Below, piece by piece: positions 1 to 10,453 of a stretch of DNA of 64,000 bases. Each line of letters opens with the position of its first letter. Position 1 is the first letter of the stretch. Location: the NCBI RefSeq assembly GCF_964355755.1, contig NC_092679.1, positions 18,893,432 through 18,957,431 on the forward strand, given 5' to 3'. This DNA comes from Antedon mediterranea (Eukaryota > Animalia > Echinodermata). The notes below the pieces were generated by a model. It was not told the DNA's origin, searched no databases, and was given only the letters and a program-made list of their open reading frames with translations. The position numbers and the translations under genes were made by a program.

Positions 1-542
1 CATTCATGTTTATAGTTTGTGGAACATTTTTTGCTAAGTTAGCCAGCCCTGCATGTGTGTGCATGTTCCGGCCTTGATGACATTAATGCATGAACATTTT
101 GCAATTTTACAACATTCTTTTCAATGTGTTCCAGAGTGTGGACAAGGCATCCAAAACATAGTAAGACCTAACCAATAAAACCAATCAAACTAACATATAA
201 ATAATGCAAATTATCATATTTATTTATCTATATGTTAGTTTGTGGTTATTGCCTTGCAGGTATACTAACACATTTTAGAGTAGAGTTTATTATTCACAGG
301 TTGATGATGATCAGGTCCTGGATTGAAGACCCCCCCCCCCCCCCCTAAATCCATTCACATGCAAATACAATATAATATATCATATACAATCTATATGATA
401 TAAAATATGTATTGCTTGTATGCTGTTGTATCATGCATTAGGTTTTGAATGTTTATAATTTATGCAAAAATAATGATTATTAATTGGACCTACTTAATTA
501 TTTTATAATTCTCATATTATATGTCACATACCTGGTATATAT

Positions 543-1267
543 TGTTACGGCTCATTTTTAGTTTAGCGCCCTCTATAATTAAAGGTTGTCTAATAATGTC
601 CGCTCACAAAGATAATGTGTTCTATGCGTAGGTCTATCTAGAAGAGACACAAACGTAAGTTTTAATCATCTAATGAATAATATTGTGATAATAATAAGAA
701 ATTATGATTAATGCAGTAGTTGATTGAAGTTATATTATAGTTAAATTGGACTCCGAACGCCGTCTAAATGGTGCGTGGAGTGTAGGCCTATCTGTGGCCA
801 AGATTGAAAGCATGTTCATGCTTGTTTTATAATGTTGTAACGTTCGCAATTCTCCCGCGGTTGTCATGGGATGAAATCCAGTGTGATACGGACGGTGCTC
901 GTTCCGCTTGATTGAGCACGGCTCTATTCAAGAGCTATTTACACGGAAGTGTTATTGTTATGTTTGGAGCTCCGTAAGAGTTATTTAAACGTAAATGCTT
1001 GTTATAATACAAACATGTTATTATCTTTTGTTTCTAGTTGAAACCATCATCATAATCATCATTATCATCATCAGTAAAGTCAGTCTTTATTCAATAGCTG
1101 ATCATCATCAGCGTCATTATCGTGATCTTCATCACATCGGCAAGTTGCCATGGCCATCGCCATTGAGAGTTGAATAAAGTGTTTAAATTGATGCGTTACA
1201 AGTTGTCTGAGATTGTTTATTTGATTGTTCAAGTGAAAACCTACGCCCAACAGTAGAGGCTGTTACA
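543..1267 (+). repeat. 5' LTR of BEL/Pao element
   Basis: TGTTACGG...GGCTGTTACA, direct repeat of 7103-7826. AATAAA at 1173-1178; GT-AG segment at 991-1037. Confidence 0.96.
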
Positions 1268-1293
1268 GTTTCAAGTTTATATTCTAAAGTACG

Positions 1294-4200
1294 ATGGCGT
1301 TATCAGATGAACGAGAACGCAAGTCCACTATCAAGGGACAAGAATATGCAACCGAAATGAAGTATAAAGCTCTTGGTATAGCCTGGAAGAACCTACAGAG
1401 GAGTTCGGAGGAGCTGAGAAACTATATGAATGAGAATCCGCCAGTGACGGAAGCAAGATTACGATACACAAAGTGGATGACTTCTTATGAAGCATTCATC
1501 CTGGCTAATGACCAATATTGCAACACACTTAATGAAGATGCCCTGCAAGATCATGACAATGATTGGTTTTGTGAAAAAACTGTTTATGCAGAAAATAGAA
1601 AGTCGGAAGCAGAAAAGTGGTTCTTGAGTAAGGAAGTAGTACAGCCTGTGGCAAGGAAGGCAAAGACATCCAAGTCTCGTAGTAGTATGGGATCTGTGGC
1701 TAGAAGACAGGAAGAATTGAAGCGGTTAGAAGAATTGAAGAAGCAGAGTCGGATTCTGAAAGAAAAACAGGAAAGTGAGAAGAAAGTCAAACTGTTGGAA
1801 ATCGAACTAGAGCAAGAGAAAGAGAGAAATGCTCTAGATAAGGAAATGGCAAGGTCAGAGGCCAGACAAGAGATGCTAGAAGAACTGGAAGCTGAAGAAA
1901 TTTCTCTTAGTCAAGATTTGGAGGAAGAAGAAGCAAGCAGTTTGAGTGGGCCATCGTCAGGCGATGACCAGTCCTCCGTGAAGCAAACTGCAAGGATACC
2001 TTCAGTTGCAGTGTCACCCAAGGTTAACAAGGTCAAGCAACCCGCTGCTAAAAAACCAGAGAAAAGATTTAACGACGCCATAGTAGAAATGAGGAAGCCC
2101 AAATTAGAAATAAAGAAGTTTAATGGAAATTGTATGGACTTTAACAAATTCATGCGACAATTCAAAACACGAATAGAAAGTGGCTGCACCAACGATGACA
2201 GAATGGCATATTTAGAACAATTCACTACAGGAGAGGCTCAACAAATTGTTATTGGATACTCCTACTTGGAAGCAGAAGTTGGTTATCCAGCTGCAATGAA
2301 AGAGTTGAAAAGACGTTACGGGGATCCAGAGGTGATCGCAAACTCATATGTAAAAAGGCTGCTATCTTGGGCACCCATCAAGGCAAATGATCCAAAGGCC
2401 CTAGATGAGTTTTCGGTGTTCCTTATGGAATGTAAGGCTGCTACACTCTGCGTTGGGAGTCTAGGTGTGTTAGAGTTCTCTGAAAACATAAGGATGACCA
2501 TGGAGAAGCTTCCGCAATACTTGCATGATCGTTGGAGAAATGTGGTGGAGGTTCACCGAAATCAACAAAGGCCCATACGCTTCAGTGACATTGTAGACTT
2601 TACACAGAAAGAAGCCAAAAAGCTTAATGATCCGGTTTATGGCAAAACCCCGGTATCTCGTGAGACCACAGAGCTACAAAAGAACAAACGCTCGAATACC
2701 ACATTTAGCGTTCAGTCATCCGACACAGCCAAACCCAAGATGTCGTGTCATTATTGTCAAGAGCAACACTGGCTGTCGCGTTGCCCTGGTTTTAAGGCTA
2801 AGTCTGTGGATGGCAGAAGGAAATTCGTACGAGAAAAGAAGCTTTGTTGGAATTGTTTTAATAAGGGACACTTTGCATCGTCTTGTCCGAAACCAAGTTT
2901 TTGTAAGATGTGTGCAGAAAAGCATTCGTCCTTCTTACATCCAGTCTCTCCTCCAAAGGGTGAGCATACCACAACACAGCCTGCTGAAAATCAAAAGGCA
3001 GCACCTCCTGAGACGCAAGCACATTCGTTACCAGCCACGTCCACGTCATTGGCAGTTGCAGGCAGCTACCAAAGAATTGGCTTGTCAGTTGTACCAGTCC
3101 AGGTTAAGGCTGAGGGAGGAAAATCTATAATTTCAACTTATGCTTTTCTAGACAATGGCTCGAATATTACATTTTGTACAGAAGCACTTGCGCAGAAGTT
3201 AGGTGTCAAGGGCAAAGGCGTTGACCTTAACCTTATGACAATGGATGGTCAATCTGTCACTAAATCGACAACAATATCTCTATCAGTGGCAAATCTAGAT
3301 GGATCAAGTCAAGTAAAAATTCCAAGAGTATATACCAGACAATCCATACCAGTGTCAACAAACACTATTGCAAGTCAGGCAGAAGTTGATAGGTGGCCTC
3401 ACCTGCAAGGAATATATATTCCGTCTATCACTGCAGAAATAGAGTTATTAATTGGTCAAGATGTACCGGAGGTACACCAACCTTATGAAGTGCGAGCCAT
3501 GCAAAATGGCGGTCCATATGCCACTCGAACTCTGTTTGGCTGGGTGGTAAATGGCCCTTTGAGTTCTTGGCAAGAAAACAAGATATGCGGCTTCGTTGGG
3601 AATCTAGACGAGCAGTTCAGAAAATTCTGCAGCATCGAGTTCAATGACCTCGAATCAGATCAGGTGACAATGTCACAGAGTGACATACAGGCATTAACAA
3701 GTATGGAGGAATCTGTGACATACAAGGATGGACATTACCATGTTGCTATGCCTTGGAAGGCTTCCCCATCAACATTACCAAACAATCGTGTATTGGCCGA
3801 ACGCCGACTCAAAACGTTGCAGGCTCGCCTTGAAAGGAGTAATGACACCCACAGCAAGTACACAGAATTTATGGAAACGTTAGTGGACAAGGGATATTCC
3901 AGGAAGGTTTCGGAGGTCATCGATGGATCAATTCCAAAATGGTATCTTCCGCACCACCCAGTTTTACACCCGCAGAAACCGGGAAAGCTAAGGGTTGTGT
4001 TCGACTGCTCTGCCAAGTTTCACGGAGTATGCCTAAATGACAAGTTAAACCAGGGACCAGACCTTACCAATTCATTAGTTGGAGTTTTAATGAGATTCCG
4101 TAGCTCTCCAGTTGCCTTTTGTGCCGATATTGAGAAAATGTTTTACCAGGTCAAGGTAAAGGAACAGGACTCAGACTTTCTCCGCTACTTGTGGTGGGAA

Positions 4201-6951
4201 ATGGGAGATCTGAAGAAGGCACCACAGGAATACCAGATGCTAGTGCACCTGTTTGGTGGCCGATCATCTCCGAGTTGCGCCAACTTTGCGTTGAAGAAAA
4301 CGATAAAGGACCATGGAAAGGACTACGATCCAATAATCACGCAGATAGCAGATAGGCATTTTTATGTTGACGATCTTCTATATGCGACAGACGACGAACA
4401 GTGTGCTATTGATATAGCCATTCAAGTAAAACAGTTGCTGGCAAGAGAAGGCTTTAACCTCACGAAATGGGTTTCAAACTCGAGAAAACTAGTGAGCACG
4501 CTGAGAGATAAGGGAGATTCAAACTCAGTTTCTTTATGTGGTGGAAACCAGCAACGTGCCTTGGGTGTTCGCTGGTTTGTCAGTGAAGATAGCTTGGGAT
4601 ATACCATATCTCCAACAACAAAGCCTGCGACTCGAAGGGGTATACTGTCAGTTGTTTCGTCTGTATTTGACCCGTTATGGCTGGTATCACCGTTTATCCT
4701 CAAGGCAAAGTTATTAATGCAGGAGCTCTGTCGACTTGGTTATGATTGGGATTCAACAATCTCAATTGAATATGAGACTAGATGGCAACAGTGGCTTTTT
4801 GATCTGAAGAAGTTGGAGACTATTCGAATTCGACGATGCTACAAATCTGCAGAGTTTGGGACCGTAGTGCGTCGTGAACTGCATAGCTTTGGAGATGCAT
4901 CATCCACAAGTTACGGAGCAGCATCATATCTCTACCAGAAGGATGAATCTGGAAACGTAAACCGCACCCTTGTTGCAGCAAAGTCCAGATTGGCTCCTCT
5001 TAAAGCTCAAACAATTCCCAGACTGGAGTTGCAGGCTGCACTGTTAGCAGCACGCTTGGACACAATGATAAGAGAAGAGCTTAAGGAAATTAAAATTGAC
5101 CAGTCCGTGTGTTGGACCGACAGCACGTGTGTGCTCAGATATCTGAGCAACGATGAAACCAGGTTCAAAACATACGTGGGAAATCGAGTTTCGGCAATCC
5201 TTAGTAGGACAAACAAGGACCAATGGAGGTTTGTGAATTCAGCTGAAAATCCGGCCGACCTAGCTTCCCGTGGGATGACGGCAGAGGAAATGATGACGAG
5301 TGAAATGTGGTATTGCGGTCCAAAATTCCTCACACAAAATGATTCCAAGTGGCCAGAGATGCCAGACGATCTCGCCCTCAGAATGAATGACCCCGAAGTG
5401 AAGGGCGTAACAGCGTTAGTTGTGGCCGAAATCAACACCACTCTGGATGAAATAACTTCACAGTTTTCAAGTTGGAAGACACTGTCAAGAGTTACTGGCT
5501 GGGTGCTACGATTCACGAATAACTTAAAGAATGTTAAACACAAGAAAACGACAGTACAGAAGAGGACAAGCAATCAAGTTGTGGAACCTCTCTCAGTGGA
5601 TGAACTGAAGGAAGCAGAACTGGTACTCATCAGACGTGCCCAGAAGCGTTCGTATCCTGAGGAATTCAGAAGCTTAGAGACAGGCAAGACAATAAAGTCA
5701 ACTAGTCCACTAATTAGGTTGGACCCGAAATTAGAAAATGGTGTATTGAAGGTTGGAGGTCGACTGAGTATGGCCGATGTTAGTGGAGATCTGAAACATC
5801 AGATTATACTACCAAGGTCCAGTGATCTGACTATACTCATCTTAAGACACTACCACAGCTGTACTGGGCACTCGGGCGTCAATCATGTCCTATCTGAGCT
5901 GAGGCAAATCTACTGGCCAGTAGGAGGACGAACAATGATCAAAGGGATCAGTAGGAAATGCGTTCAATGCAGAAGAAGAAATGCTCCAACAGCACATCAA
6001 AAAATGGCTGATCTGCCAGCCGAGAGAGTTACACCAGCGCACCCGCCTTTTACCTTTGTGGGGATTGATTGCTTTGGACCATTTAAGGTTAAAAATGCTA
6101 GATCAGTGCTGAAAAGATATGGAGTGATTTTTACCTGCTTATCAATCAGAGCAGTGCATCTGGAGGTCGCGTCATCATTGGACACAAACTCATTCTTAAA
6201 TGCTTATCGACGTTTCGTTGCTAGGAGAGGCGTACCAAAGCATATCCGGTCTGACAATGGAGGAAATTTTATTATGGGGCAAAAGGAGCTTCGATCGGCC
6301 ATTAATGATTGGAATCAAGGACAGATACACCAATACCTCTCGCAGAATCACGTGGAATGGAAATTCAATCCTCCGGCAGCTTCCCATCAAGGTGGGGTTT
6401 GGGAAAGATGCATTCGCACAGTACGCAAGGTGCTCAGCTCGCTGATGGAAGAACAAACAATCAACGATGAAACATTGCAGATGCTGTTCTGTGAAGTCGA
6501 AACGATAGTGAATGGGAGACCAATAACAAAGGTGTCAGATGATCCAAAAGACAATGAGGCATTAACACCGAATCATCTTTTACTATTGCGAGCAGGTCCC
6601 AGCCTTCCACCAGGACGATTTGTTGCAGACGATTGCTACGTGAGAAGGCGCTGGCGCCAAACTCAGTATCTCGCAGATGTTTTCTGGCGTCGCTGGCTCC
6701 GGGAATATTTGCCTGCACTTCAAGAGCGACAGAAATGGTGTAAAAAACAGCAGAATGTTGCGATTGGCGACATTGTTTTGGTTCATGACCCATCGGGTCC
6801 ACGATGCTCGTGGCCGCTTGCTCAAGTGATAGAGGTGCTCCAGAATGATTCAGATGGAATGGTGCGTTCTGTGAGATTGAAAACGTCGGTTGGAACTCTA
6901 GTAAGACCAATCACTAAGATCATACTTCTAGAAGTCAACGGAAATGATTAG
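1294..6951 (+). CDS. BEL/Pao Gag-Pol polyprotein (Gag zinc knuckles, protease, RT, RNase H, integrase), 1885 aa
   Basis: Three knuckles CHYCQEQHWLSRC / CWNCFNKGHFASSC / CKMCAEKHSSFLH; protease FLDNGS; RT FYVDDL; RNase H FGDAS; integrase HHCC (H..GHSG..CVQC) and DDE (GIDCFGP, SDNGGNF, WERCIR). Domain order and YVDD are typical of BEL/Pao. Confidence 0.97.
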   Translation: MALSDERERKSTIKGQEYATEMKYKALGIAWKNLQRSSEELRNYMNENPPVTEARLRYTKWMTSYEAFILANDQYCNTLNEDALQDHDNDWFCEKTVYAENRKSEAEKWFLSKEVVQPVARKAKTSKSRSSMGSVARRQEELKRLEELKKQSRILKEKQESEKKVKLLEIELEQEKERNALDKEMARSEARQEMLEELEAEEISLSQDLEEEEASSLSGPSSGDDQSSVKQTARIPSVAVSPKVNKVKQPAAKKPEKRFNDAIVEMRKPKLEIKKFNGNCMDFNKFMRQFKTRIESGCTNDDRMAYLEQFTTGEAQQIVIGYSYLEAEVGYPAAMKELKRRYGDPEVIANSYVKRLLSWAPIKANDPKALDEFSVFLMECKAATLCVGSLGVLEFSENIRMTMEKLPQYLHDRWRNVVEVHRNQQRPIRFSDIVDFTQKEAKKLNDPVYGKTPVSRETTELQKNKRSNTTFSVQSSDTAKPKMSCHYCQEQHWLSRCPGFKAKSVDGRRKFVREKKLCWNCFNKGHFASSCPKPSFCKMCAEKHSSFLHPVSPPKGEHTTTQPAENQKAAPPETQAHSLPATSTSLAVAGSYQRIGLSVVPVQVKAEGGKSIISTYAFLDNGSNITFCTEALAQKLGVKGKGVDLNLMTMDGQSVTKSTTISLSVANLDGSSQVKIPRVYTRQSIPVSTNTIASQAEVDRWPHLQGIYIPSITAEIELLIGQDVPEVHQPYEVRAMQNGGPYATRTLFGWVVNGPLSSWQENKICGFVGNLDEQFRKFCSIEFNDLESDQVTMSQSDIQALTSMEESVTYKDGHYHVAMPWKASPSTLPNNRVLAERRLKTLQARLERSNDTHSKYTEFMETLVDKGYSRKVSEVIDGSIPKWYLPHHPVLHPQKPGKLRVVFDCSAKFHGVCLNDKLNQGPDLTNSLVGVLMRFRSSPVAFCADIEKMFYQVKVKEQDSDFLRYLWWEMGDLKKAPQEYQMLVHLFGGRSSPSCANFALKKTIKDHGKDYDPIITQIADRHFYVDDLLYATDDEQCAIDIAIQVKQLLAREGFNLTKWVSNSRKLVSTLRDKGDSNSVSLCGGNQQRALGVRWFVSEDSLGYTISPTTKPATRRGILSVVSSVFDPLWLVSPFILKAKLLMQELCRLGYDWDSTISIEYETRWQQWLFDLKKLETIRIRRCYKSAEFGTVVRRELHSFGDASSTSYGAASYLYQKDESGNVNRTLVAAKSRLAPLKAQTIPRLELQAALLAARLDTMIREELKEIKIDQSVCWTDSTCVLRYLSNDETRFKTYVGNRVSAILSRTNKDQWRFVNSAENPADLASRGMTAEEMMTSEMWYCGPKFLTQNDSKWPEMPDDLALRMNDPEVKGVTALVVAEINTTLDEITSQFSSWKTLSRVTGWVLRFTNNLKNVKHKKTTVQKRTSNQVVEPLSVDELKEAELVLIRRAQKRSYPEEFRSLETGKTIKSTSPLIRLDPKLENGVLKVGGRLSMADVSGDLKHQIILPRSSDLTILILRHYHSCTGHSGVNHVLSELRQIYWPVGGRTMIKGISRKCVQCRRRNAPTAHQKMADLPAERVTPAHPPFTFVGIDCFGPFKVKNARSVLKRYGVIFTCLSIRAVHLEVASSLDTNSFLNAYRRFVARRGVPKHIRSDNGGNFIMGQKELRSAINDWNQGQIHQYLSQNHVEWKFNPPAASHQGGVWERCIRTVRKVLSSLMEEQTINDETLQMLFCEVETIVNGRPITKVSDDPKDNEALTPNHLLLLRAGPSLPPGRFVADDCYVRRRWRQTQYLADVFWRRWLREYLPALQERQKWCKKQQNVAIGDIVLVHDPSGPRCSWPLAQVIEVLQNDSDGMVRSVRLKTSVGTLVRPITKIILLEVNGND

Positions 6952-7090
6952 ACATGCACATTGTGCGATGTTTGCCAGTGATATATTTGGATTTGGCTTA
7001 TGTGAACTTTATAAGAGACTTATTACCTTTATTGTTTGTCGTTACCCGTAACATATGTATATATAGTAAAGGCTCGATTTAATCGCCTTT

Positions 7091-7102
7091 AAGGGGCCGG
7101 GA
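7091..7102 (+). other. Polypurine tract (plus-strand primer)
   Basis: AAGGGGCCGGGA directly abutting the 3' LTR start at 7103. Confidence 0.8.
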
Positions 7103-7826
7103 TGTTACGGCTCATTTTTAGTTTAGCGCCCTCTATAATTAAAGGTTGTCTAATATGTCCGCTCACAAAGATAATGTGTTCTATGCGTAGGTCTATCTAG
7201 AAGAGACACAAACGTAAGTTTTAATCATCTAATGAATAATATTGTGATAATAATAAGAAATTATGATTAATGCAGTAGTTGATTGAAGTTATATTATAGT
7301 TAAATTGGACTCCGAACGCCGTCTAAATGGTGCGTGGAGTGTAGGCCTATCTGTGGCCAAGATTGAAAGCATGTTCATGCTTGTTTTATAATGTTGTAAC
7401 GTTCGCAATTCTCCCGCGGTTGTCATGGGATGAAATCCAGTGTGATGCGGACGGTGCTCGTTCCGCTTGATTGAGCACGGCTCTATTCAAGAGCTATTTA
7501 CACGGAAGTGTTATTGTTATGTTTGGAGCTCCGTAAGAGTTATTTAAACGTAAATGCTTGTTATAATACAAACATGTTATTATCTTTTGTTTCTAGTTGA
7601 AACCATCATCATCATCATCATTATCATCATCAGTAAAGTCAGTCTTTATTCAATAGCTGATCATCATCAGCGTCATTATCGTGATCTTCATCACATCGGC
7701 AAGTTGCCATGGCCATCGCCATTGAGAGTTGAATAAAGTGTTTAAATTGATGCGTTACAAGTTGTCTGAGATTGTTTATTTGATTGTTCAAGTGAAAACC
7801 TACGCCCAACAGTAGAGGCTGTTACA
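7103..7826 (+). repeat. 3' LTR of BEL/Pao element
   Basis: Near-identical to 543-1267 (1-bp deletion, one A>G, one A>C); followed by TSD TATAT. Confidence 0.96.
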
Positions 7827-8569
7827 TATATATATAGCATATATTGTATATAATAATATACATGTGTTTTATATATATAACAAAATTCCTCTTCCTATCT
7901 CCTATACTTGCACTGTATTTATTTCAGTTACTAACACATGTACTGTACATGAAGAATCAAGACAAGTTTTATTATATATATATATATATACATTATAATA
8001 TTGTTAATTTAATTGTTTAATTTATATAGTCATAATTTTGAATTCATAAAATGAAAAAGTAAAGCAAAAAGCATTATATCTGAGAATCTGAGTTTTCTAG
8101 AGACACCCAGTATTGTAAAATAACAGTAACTGAATAATTGTAAGTCAGTTATTAATATAAAAATTGTTATTAATGTGGTATTTAATATAAGATATTTCAC
8201 TAACACTTAGATAATGCATGATACAACCCCAGTTGTGCATTCCCCTATTTCCTTGCACACTGGTATTGTTGCCCCCTTCCCCATTTTTTTATAAAGGAAA
8301 TGGAAACACAAAGGTAGGTTACTAACGCAGCAAGACATCGCTTCGAGCATCCAAGCATCAAAACAAGTAAGATTTATATTTGCTAGGCTGTAGAATGATT
8401 CATTCCTTTTTTTGTGTGTGTTTTGTCAGCTGTATCCCTGTTTCTTGCCATGATGCATATAATGGCACCTTTTTGTTCTTTTTTTAGATATCCTTTATTT
8501 TTTTGTTTATATTCTCAGGTATGCTTTCTATTTAGATGATGATTTTTGAATAAAATTTAAATGAAATAA

Positions 8570-9760
8570 AAATTGTCTTGCTTGTTTCATATTATTATAT
8601 TATTATTTTTTATAAATCAAAGAAATAAAAGAACATTTAAAAATTTAAAATGTTGTCTTTGCGTCCATTTATTTAATTAATAAGAATTGGTGATTCAGTG
8701 AAAAATAAAATTTTTAAAAAAAGAACTGTCTTTGTCTTTTTTTCATTATTGTTTTCTATAAATCACAGAAATAAAATGTTTTTAAGATTTAATATGTTGT
8801 CTTTGCATCCATTTATTTATTTAATAAGAATTGATGATTCAGTGAAAAATAAAAAAAATAAATAAACTGTCTTCGTCTTTTTTTCATTATTGTTTTCTAT
8901 AAATCACAGAGATAGAATATGTTTACAAATAAAAAGTTGTCTTTGCGTCTATTTATTTAATTAATAAGAATTGGTGATTCAATGAAAAATAAAATTTTAA
9001 AAAAGAACTGTCTTCGTCTTTTTTTCATTATTGTTTTCTATAAATCACAGAAATAAAATGTTTTTGAGATTTAATATGTTGTCTTTGCGTCCATTTATTT
9101 ATTTAATAAGAATTGGTGATTCAGTGAAAAATAAAATAAAAAAAAAAAGAACTGTCTTTGTCTTTTTTTCATTATTGTTTTCTATAAATCACAGAAATAA
9201 AATGTTTTTAAGATTTAATATGTTGTCTTTGCGTCCATTTATTTATTTAATAAGAATTGGTGATTCAGTGAAAAAAAAAGAAAAAAAAAAGAACTGTCTT
9301 TGTCTTTTTTTTTCATTATTGTTTTCTGTAAATCACAGAAATAAAATGTTTTTAAGATTTAATATGTTGTCTTTGCGTCCATTTATTTATTTAATAAGAA
9401 TTGGTGATTCAGTGAAAAATAAAATAAACTGTCTTCGTCTTTTTTTTATTATTGTTTTCTATAAATCACAGAAATAGAATATGTTTACAATTAAAAAGTT
9501 GTCTTTGCGTCTATTTATATAATTAATAAGAATTGGTGATTCAATGAAAAATAAAATTTAAAAAAAGAACTGTCTTCGTCTTTTTTTCATTATTGTTTTC
9601 TATAAATCACAGAAATAAAATGTTTTTGAGATTTAATGTTGTCTTTGCGTCCATTTATTTATTTAATAAGAATTGGTGATTCAGTGAAAAATAAATGAAA
9701 AGATGAAACTGTCTTCATCTTTGTTTCATTATTGTTTTCTATAAGTCACAGAAAATAAAC
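8570..9760. repeat. AT-rich tandem array, ~8 monomers of ~132-144 bp
   Basis: GTTGTCTTTGCGTC...AAGAATTGGTGATTCAGTGAAAAAT recurs at about 8651, 8795, 8936, 9077, 9221, 9365, 9497, 9637. Confidence 0.93.
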
Positions 9761-10453
9761 TATTGTTTTATTAGTGCTGTTTCTACAGTATATCATTATC
9801 ACAGTTCCATTTTAAAATTTTGATTTAAAGAATTTTAAGGAATTGGATCTGTTATTGTATTGATTCCTCATTTTCAAAAAGAATGATTTCACTCAATAAT
9901 GCTAGGGAACAGTGAAATTGCAATTCACTCTTCCTGATAACACATGTTGTTTAATAATACTGTAGTACCTTCTCTATGAGATAGGTGAAATGAATTTACT
10001 TTCAGAATTTCTGGGTTAGCACCTATAAGAAGTTTAATGCATCCAAGACTCAACTCAACAAGGAATGCAGTATTCAATGAGTGTCGGTAGGTATGCAAGA
10101 CGAAGAACATTAATGAAACAAAAAGACTGTACAGTTTTAACATATTTATTAAATCAAATAATGTAATAGAATTTCCCTAGTTAAATATTTATTTACATTT
10201 ATTACACCTAGATGATCCATATTTTCTTTTACCGTGATATAAATTTATGGATTGCCATGATTGTTTCCCATTGAAGTTTCATGATTATTTACTTTTTTAC
10301 CTGTACTCCAGAAGACGATTGTAGAATAACAACAACCAACTCTCTACTTTATTCATTTTCAGGAATCACATGGTGTACTGTAAAATTTGCATTAACCATT
10401 TATTTTTTTAAATTCCTTTAGGATTTTCAGCTCAATTCTTCCTGTGAAATGTA

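Larger units (their letters stand above)
543..7826 (+). mobile_element. Full-length BEL/Pao LTR retrotransposon, very recent insertion
   Basis: Two ~725-bp LTRs with TG...CA ends (543-1267, 7103-7826) differing at only 3 positions by eye. 5-bp TSD TATAT (538-542, 7827-7831). Single gag-pol ORF; purine-rich tract before the 3' LTR. Confidence 0.97.

Noticed and set aside
1-542. Possible exon fragments left of the retrotransposon
   Set aside because: Isolated AG/GT signals without a recognisable reading frame; cannot support a gene call.
995-1177. 60-aa ORF with poly-Ile, duplicated at 7554-7736
   Set aside because: Arises from a (CAT)n-like tract inside both LTRs; its ATG lies within the putative LTR intron; no protein family resemblance.
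9031-9477. 148-aa repetitive ORF
   Set aside because: Translation of the AT-rich tandem array, starting at TTG, with A-tract length changes between units.
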